Both the position numbers and the translations under genes were made by a program. A stretch of 56,006 nt of DNA, counting the filler, from Sphacelaria rigidula (lineage: Eukaryota): NCBI GenBank assembly GCA_964200075.2. It is 4 parts of 4 records of this genome, joined end to end, with 100 filler letters (N's around TTAATTAATTAA, not from the genome) between each part and the next. Parts side by side here need not be neighbours in the genome. Positions count along the whole stretch, not along the records: positions 42,084 to 56,006 come from CAXNAA020002583.1; 3 more parts are not named here. One strand, written 5' to 3'. The notes beneath the pieces were generated by a model. It saw only the letters and a program-made list of their open reading frames with translations, did no database searches and was not told the origin of the DNA. This document shows, piece after piece, positions 51,193 to 56,006 of this stretch (within the stretch, counting starts at the first letter, position 1; each line of letters begins with the position of its first letter).

Positions 51193-54100
51193 GTGAGAGT
51201 GAATAGCGCCGTAGTATTGAAGGTATAAATATGGCACTGTAAAGCAGTACAGTTGTACCTTCCCTTGACATGCTCTTCACAGTCCAGTTACAAACAGCCC
51301 TCATTTCAAACAGTACAACAACGACGATGCTCTCTCGGGAAGAACGGGAAGGGGACAGTCCAGTTTCATGTAGAAGTTCACGAGTCAAACAAGTCGTTGC
51401 GTGAAACACTTGGGACACAGTTCACCCGACTGGTCACAACAAGCCTGCACTCCGACACAGAGCAAATTCCGAGGAGGCTGAAGGATCATTGAACGTGGAG
51501 CGACCCGGGTGCGTTCGTGGCCGACGACAGGCTTTTTGGGGTATGCACAGGGTGGTGTGAAAACAGCGTAGTAAGCGGTACCATAAAAATGTCAATCACC
51601 AACTCTGGGCAAGTACATTGGCGCACAATACACATGGTAACAATGAGTTGCATTACAATATACGCCATAGCTATTCGGGTGCATCACGCGGCTACTAGAC
51701 AGTATGAGCTCATTATCCTCAGTCAACAAGTGCAGTGTCCTCAATGCACTGCCTTGTATCAACACCACACAACAAGTACCCCGTGTACACAACGCTGTAT
51801 AGCACCCCTTGTTCGAGGCTTTTTCGATTCAGAATTTTGGGAGAAATGAACCAATTGCGCTTCCACGGGCATTCCAGCCATTTCATACTTCTTGATGGTT
51901 TCTTATGTAGAAGTCTCCGGCAGTTTAGTGGCTCACGTGACCAAAGTACATCTAATTCATCACAGCTAGGGGGTGTTATACCCCGTCACCTACGGTGGCA
52001 AGGCAAACACACAAACACAGACAACGCGTGCTGCAGGCACAACAACAGGTATCCCACTCACCATTGGAACGCCAGAAGGGGGGGAGAACCAGGCAGCGAG
52101 TTGTCGCTGCTTGGTTCAATGCTATCGCTAGTGGCGATAGCACGGGGATTCGCTTGGGAGAGGGGAGGAGGGGGGGGGGTATCGCAAGCTTGTGATCCTC
52201 GGCAGTGCAAAGAGAGCCACGAAAACGGCGATCACTCAAATACTTCAAGTCATATTCCAATATGTACATTTATGGCACGATTTTTCGCCTTTGTTCAGAT
52301 CCGCGGTATAGCAAGAAACGGATGCAAATGCGAGAAAACCAAAGGAGATGAAAAATTGTCCCAAACGGGTACACCTGTGCCAATTTCTGTCAATAATTTT
52401 CAAGTTAACTCGGAAGTGGACTTTCGAGACCCTGTAGGGCTATCTAGTCAAGTTTTTCACACATGAACATAAAAGTGGATAATGGCACCTGCGAGCATCG
52501 TAATATTCACCCGAGTCTAACCTGATCCACAGGGTTGGTGTGTGGATAATTTGAAGAGAGAAAGAGATGGCCGAGCAAGAGAGCATGATGCGCGCAGGAA
52601 CTGATCTTCTCGATTGCTCGAGGTGAAGTATTTTTTCTCAAATACTCTGTGCGCGTGGTGACGCACTATTCTCATACTCATAGGAAGCAACTGCGAGATC
52701 CACATGATGTGGTGCACCTTTTAGCAGTTGTGCGGAGTGTCTTGCGTGCTGTCTACGCCAAACTGTCTTTTGCTGTACCTCCTCTCCAGAGAGTATTATT
52801 TGATCAGTAGCCGCAGCGAAAACTGAACACTACCCTTCATGATGTATTACCCAAGTAGACACACCTGCTTCTACAATACACGACCTCCCTGCTGTTACAG
52901 GTGTGTTACAGACGGCTTGTGTATCATGCCGCATGATGGTGTATAACACCCCCTGCGCATGTGTGAGATCGTATCGGTCATCAGCTATCAGCTTCAGTAT
53001 TCCCCGAACAACGGTTTCTGGGAAACTACGATAGTCACACCGCCGAAACACTGTGCCTTTCAAAATTGAGTCGTCGAAATCTGCACGTATGGGGGGGGGG
53101 GAAATGTAACAACATCCCGGGGTCACGACGGAATTGTCAGCGTTCGTGAATCTGCGCTGTGAATCAAGAGGTGGCATACCTGTCAACCTCGGTACAGTCC
53201 TCTCCTCGAGTAGGTTTTCGTTTCTCACTCATGATCCAGAAATCGAAGAAATGTTGATCCCTGAGCATGCTATCACACGTCTGTTGTGGGTTCGTTGAAT
53301 ACTTTTCGTGTTTGGGCTGATTTTTTGGTATCAAGCGTGTCAAAAGCTGGTTTACTTCTTATTTTAAATGTCCCTCATCTGCGAGGTATGCCTCGGATGT
53401 GGTTTGCAAGTCGGGGAGGGGGATATAAATCTTAACTCTTGGACTGCGAGGGTAGTCCATCTGAATTATTCATGCTTTTTCGAGTGAAGTTGATGCCGAT
53501 TCAGCGGATGACCTGAGATGACCTACACTCGCTGTCTAAGGGATAATCTCGTTTGATCTGATCACGGTGAAAGAACAACAATAGAGGAAGCTTTTTCAAG
53601 TAGATTTTGTTCCTGTTGTCAGGTCGCTTCTCGCCCCACTTTTTTTGCAAAGATGAATTGTGAACCGCATTGATTTGTTTTTTGGTTTGGTGAAAGGACT
53701 GGGTCTACGTAGAACAAAGGCCCGAGCGACGAACGGTAGCTTGATGGCGACCTAGTTCACGGCACGTCACGTATTTTTTGTACGACTTTCCACGGCTAAG
53801 AAGACTGCAGAGGTTCCCCGATATGCAGCTGCTCTTGCCAGCATCTGTGGAGCACCACAGTACCGGCTCACGATCTAGCGATAGCCTGTTTTAGCTACCT
53901 GAGAGAAACTTGAGTTCACGGGAATCGGTCCTGTTGGGGATGAGCAACACCAACACACGCCAAAAAACTTGGATACAGACGTGTTTACGTACTGCTTACT
54001 TTTTTCGTTACTGCATCATGGCTACAGAACCCATCGGATTTCATTCCATTCTTACGAGACAGAAAAATATAAATGTACACCGTGCTCAGGTAACCAAGAG

Positions 54101-55932
54101 CTACGCTTGGGTGCGCGTATTGTTGCGTCACAAGTATCCGAACACACGAGGCTAGGGCGCGCGCATCCGTTTGTCGTGTTTCCAGCATCTCTACTTAGTC
54201 GCTACAAAACTGTCATGGTCCCACATACGTTCCCGTTCGCCTGCCCCGTTCTCTTTTTAGAACTCTCGTTGAATCTCGGAAGGAAGCTATCCTGCCGAGA
54301 GTTGGCCAAAAATGGTTGCCAAAAAACTTGATATAAAGTAACTGGGCCCACTAACCAGCGATCCGCCACAATTCTTATGATTCTTAGTCGGTCCCGACAA
54401 TCAGTTTTTGGCAAGAGAAGAAGACACGACCTCATCCAGACGTCTAGCTCTCACGCGTTATTATTTCAAGCCCAAAATGTATACCCTTCAGGCTCTGTAG
54501 GCGAGTGCAGTAGCTGCAGGAGCTGCCGAGTAAATATAGGTTGTTTGATATTTTTCGACCTCCCCTACATGGGTGTGATGGTCTCGAGGCAACTCCGCGA
54601 CTGCCTCGATCTTCGTTTTTACTCATCGAGTCAACTCGATTTCTGACTCGAGGATGAGTTTTGTCGACGGTCTCCGCCCAACAGTGTTGTACATGTTTAT
54701 TTCGAGATCAGTGACAGGCAGACTCTTGTTCATATCAAATGATTTTGGTTTAAAGGCCTGACTGCCTCCGGCGGCTTACTTTAATATCTAGATTTAGGGC
54801 CTCCTCCCACCCACCCGTTCAGGCCTAATTTTTTTTTGTTGAAAGATGCCCCACTCTTGTCAGGAGGTAGTCCATGACTTGAAAAGAGTATCAAACTCCG
54901 CTTTTTTTCCCCTCCGGACGCCCATGCGCCAATATACTGACCTTGTTTGCCCTTTACCGATCCTCGGGATGGTTTTTTTGAGGGTGGAGAGACAATGTCT
55001 ACAACAGAGAAAAAGGCCGTTGCCACGCATATGCTGCGCGTTCATAAATGTTCGTGCACAAGCCGCGGCCAGCGGCATTGCCGTTTGAGGGCAGTAAATT
55101 TTGCACACCCTAGATAACGACAATGGATAATATTGTCGAAAGCTGTACTGCATACAATATCGATTATTGCGTATGTTTTTCCAGTCCATGTTGTACGCAG
55201 TACACTTTTTGATAATATAATATTTTCTCCAGGGTGTGAAATTTTGAAACATACACTTCAGCAGCCGTGATTCCGCCCAATCGTAGTAGTACGCCCAAGT
55301 AGTCAATACGCACAGCTGTTGTTGCTGAACGGCGTCGGGTGTCTGGTGGGGGTATACGAGCTGTAGGTGGTGCGGACGAATGTGGACGAGAGGTAGTTGA
55401 CTTTGTATCTGAGGAATTGGGGAATTTGCGCCCCCACCCCTACAGTCATCTGGCGAAGACGAGCACAAATTGACACATACACACAAGCAATGAGCATGGA
55501 GCCGAAGCGGTATTGCTTTCCCCGCACAAATTTGTGCTGCTCGAGCGGTAGCTCGTGGGATTCAAGGCTATATAATTGAGGGCTACCTCAATCGGCTGTT
55601 TCGTTTCGAACATGTACGTAGGCAAGGAAAGTCTCTCAGTCCTGCCCGCTCGGCCATGTAACCTAGTATGCTGCAATCCTATTGATCACAAGTCGAAATT
55701 CGATCATTCGTTTTGGCGCTCACCCGGCCTCTGGTAAATAGCGGGCATTTTCACGTACACAATTGCGATCCCCCAACAACTGGCGGAACTGATAGAGGTC
55801 AGAGTTTCAGAACGGTGGGCCGCAGGCGCTAAAAGAACTATAATAATATCAGCCCGAATCGGGTCAGGAGCAAGGAGGAGGAAAGATTTACCCATGGCTT
55901 TGCCTACCGTAGTCTTAATATCATTGAAAATA

Positions 55933-56006
55933 GGGGGGGGGGGGCGTACTAATTCGTTGCTTGCCTTGGTCGTTTGACCATCGACCACGCATCCCTTTCG
56001 AGGCGG
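55933..56006 (-). mobile_element. 66-nt C-tailed retroposon module (runs off window end)
   Basis: G12-CGTACTAATTCGTTGCTTGCCTTGGTCG…CCCTTTCGAGGCGG matches the module. Confidence 0.85.

Noticed and set aside
52500-55500. Minus-strand gene built from ORFs 52517-52717, 52830-53228 and 54860-55486
   Set aside because: There are some exon-like stretches, but no homology and no phase-consistent model I could support.
1-56006. Endogenous giant-virus or bacterial HGT island
   Set aside because: There is no block of long intronless ORFs and no viral hallmark gene. All recognisable genes are spliced.

Overview
Eukaryotic, intron-rich, repeat-rich genomic DNA. It is most likely from a brown alga or other stramenopile (inferred from gene structure, TTAGGG repeats and the Pmp/adhesin-like gene). 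The window is a scaffold with three artificial N-TTAATTAATTAA-N joins. Spliced genes reconstructed by hand from splice sites and exon phase: (1) a 10-exon + strand coiled-coil protein (~672-12931) with a probable GC-AG intron; (2) a - strand USP/peptidase C19 deubiquitinase (~26902-17719; Cys box not found); (3) the first two exons of a secreted Pmp/adhesin-like protein (33306-34354); (4) 40S ribosomal protein S10 (46070-44467, -). Introns and intergenic DNA hold degenerate LINEs of two types, a tRNA-derived SINE, a decayed Ty3/Gypsy element lacking integrase, a piggyBac-like MITE, and TGT..ACA/4-bp-TSD (Ginger-like) MITEs carrying telomeric repeats. The most unusual signal is a poly(C)-tailed, C-tract-targeting retroposon system. 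One LINE ends in a structured 66-nt module plus an oligo-C tail. The same module occurs five more times, twice as a complete stand-alone insertion with a 17-bp TSD starting with CCCC and a shared 5' boundary. A second family keeps the same fold and C-tail. A 90-bp near-perfect palindrome and a head-to-head telomeric insertion are also notable.
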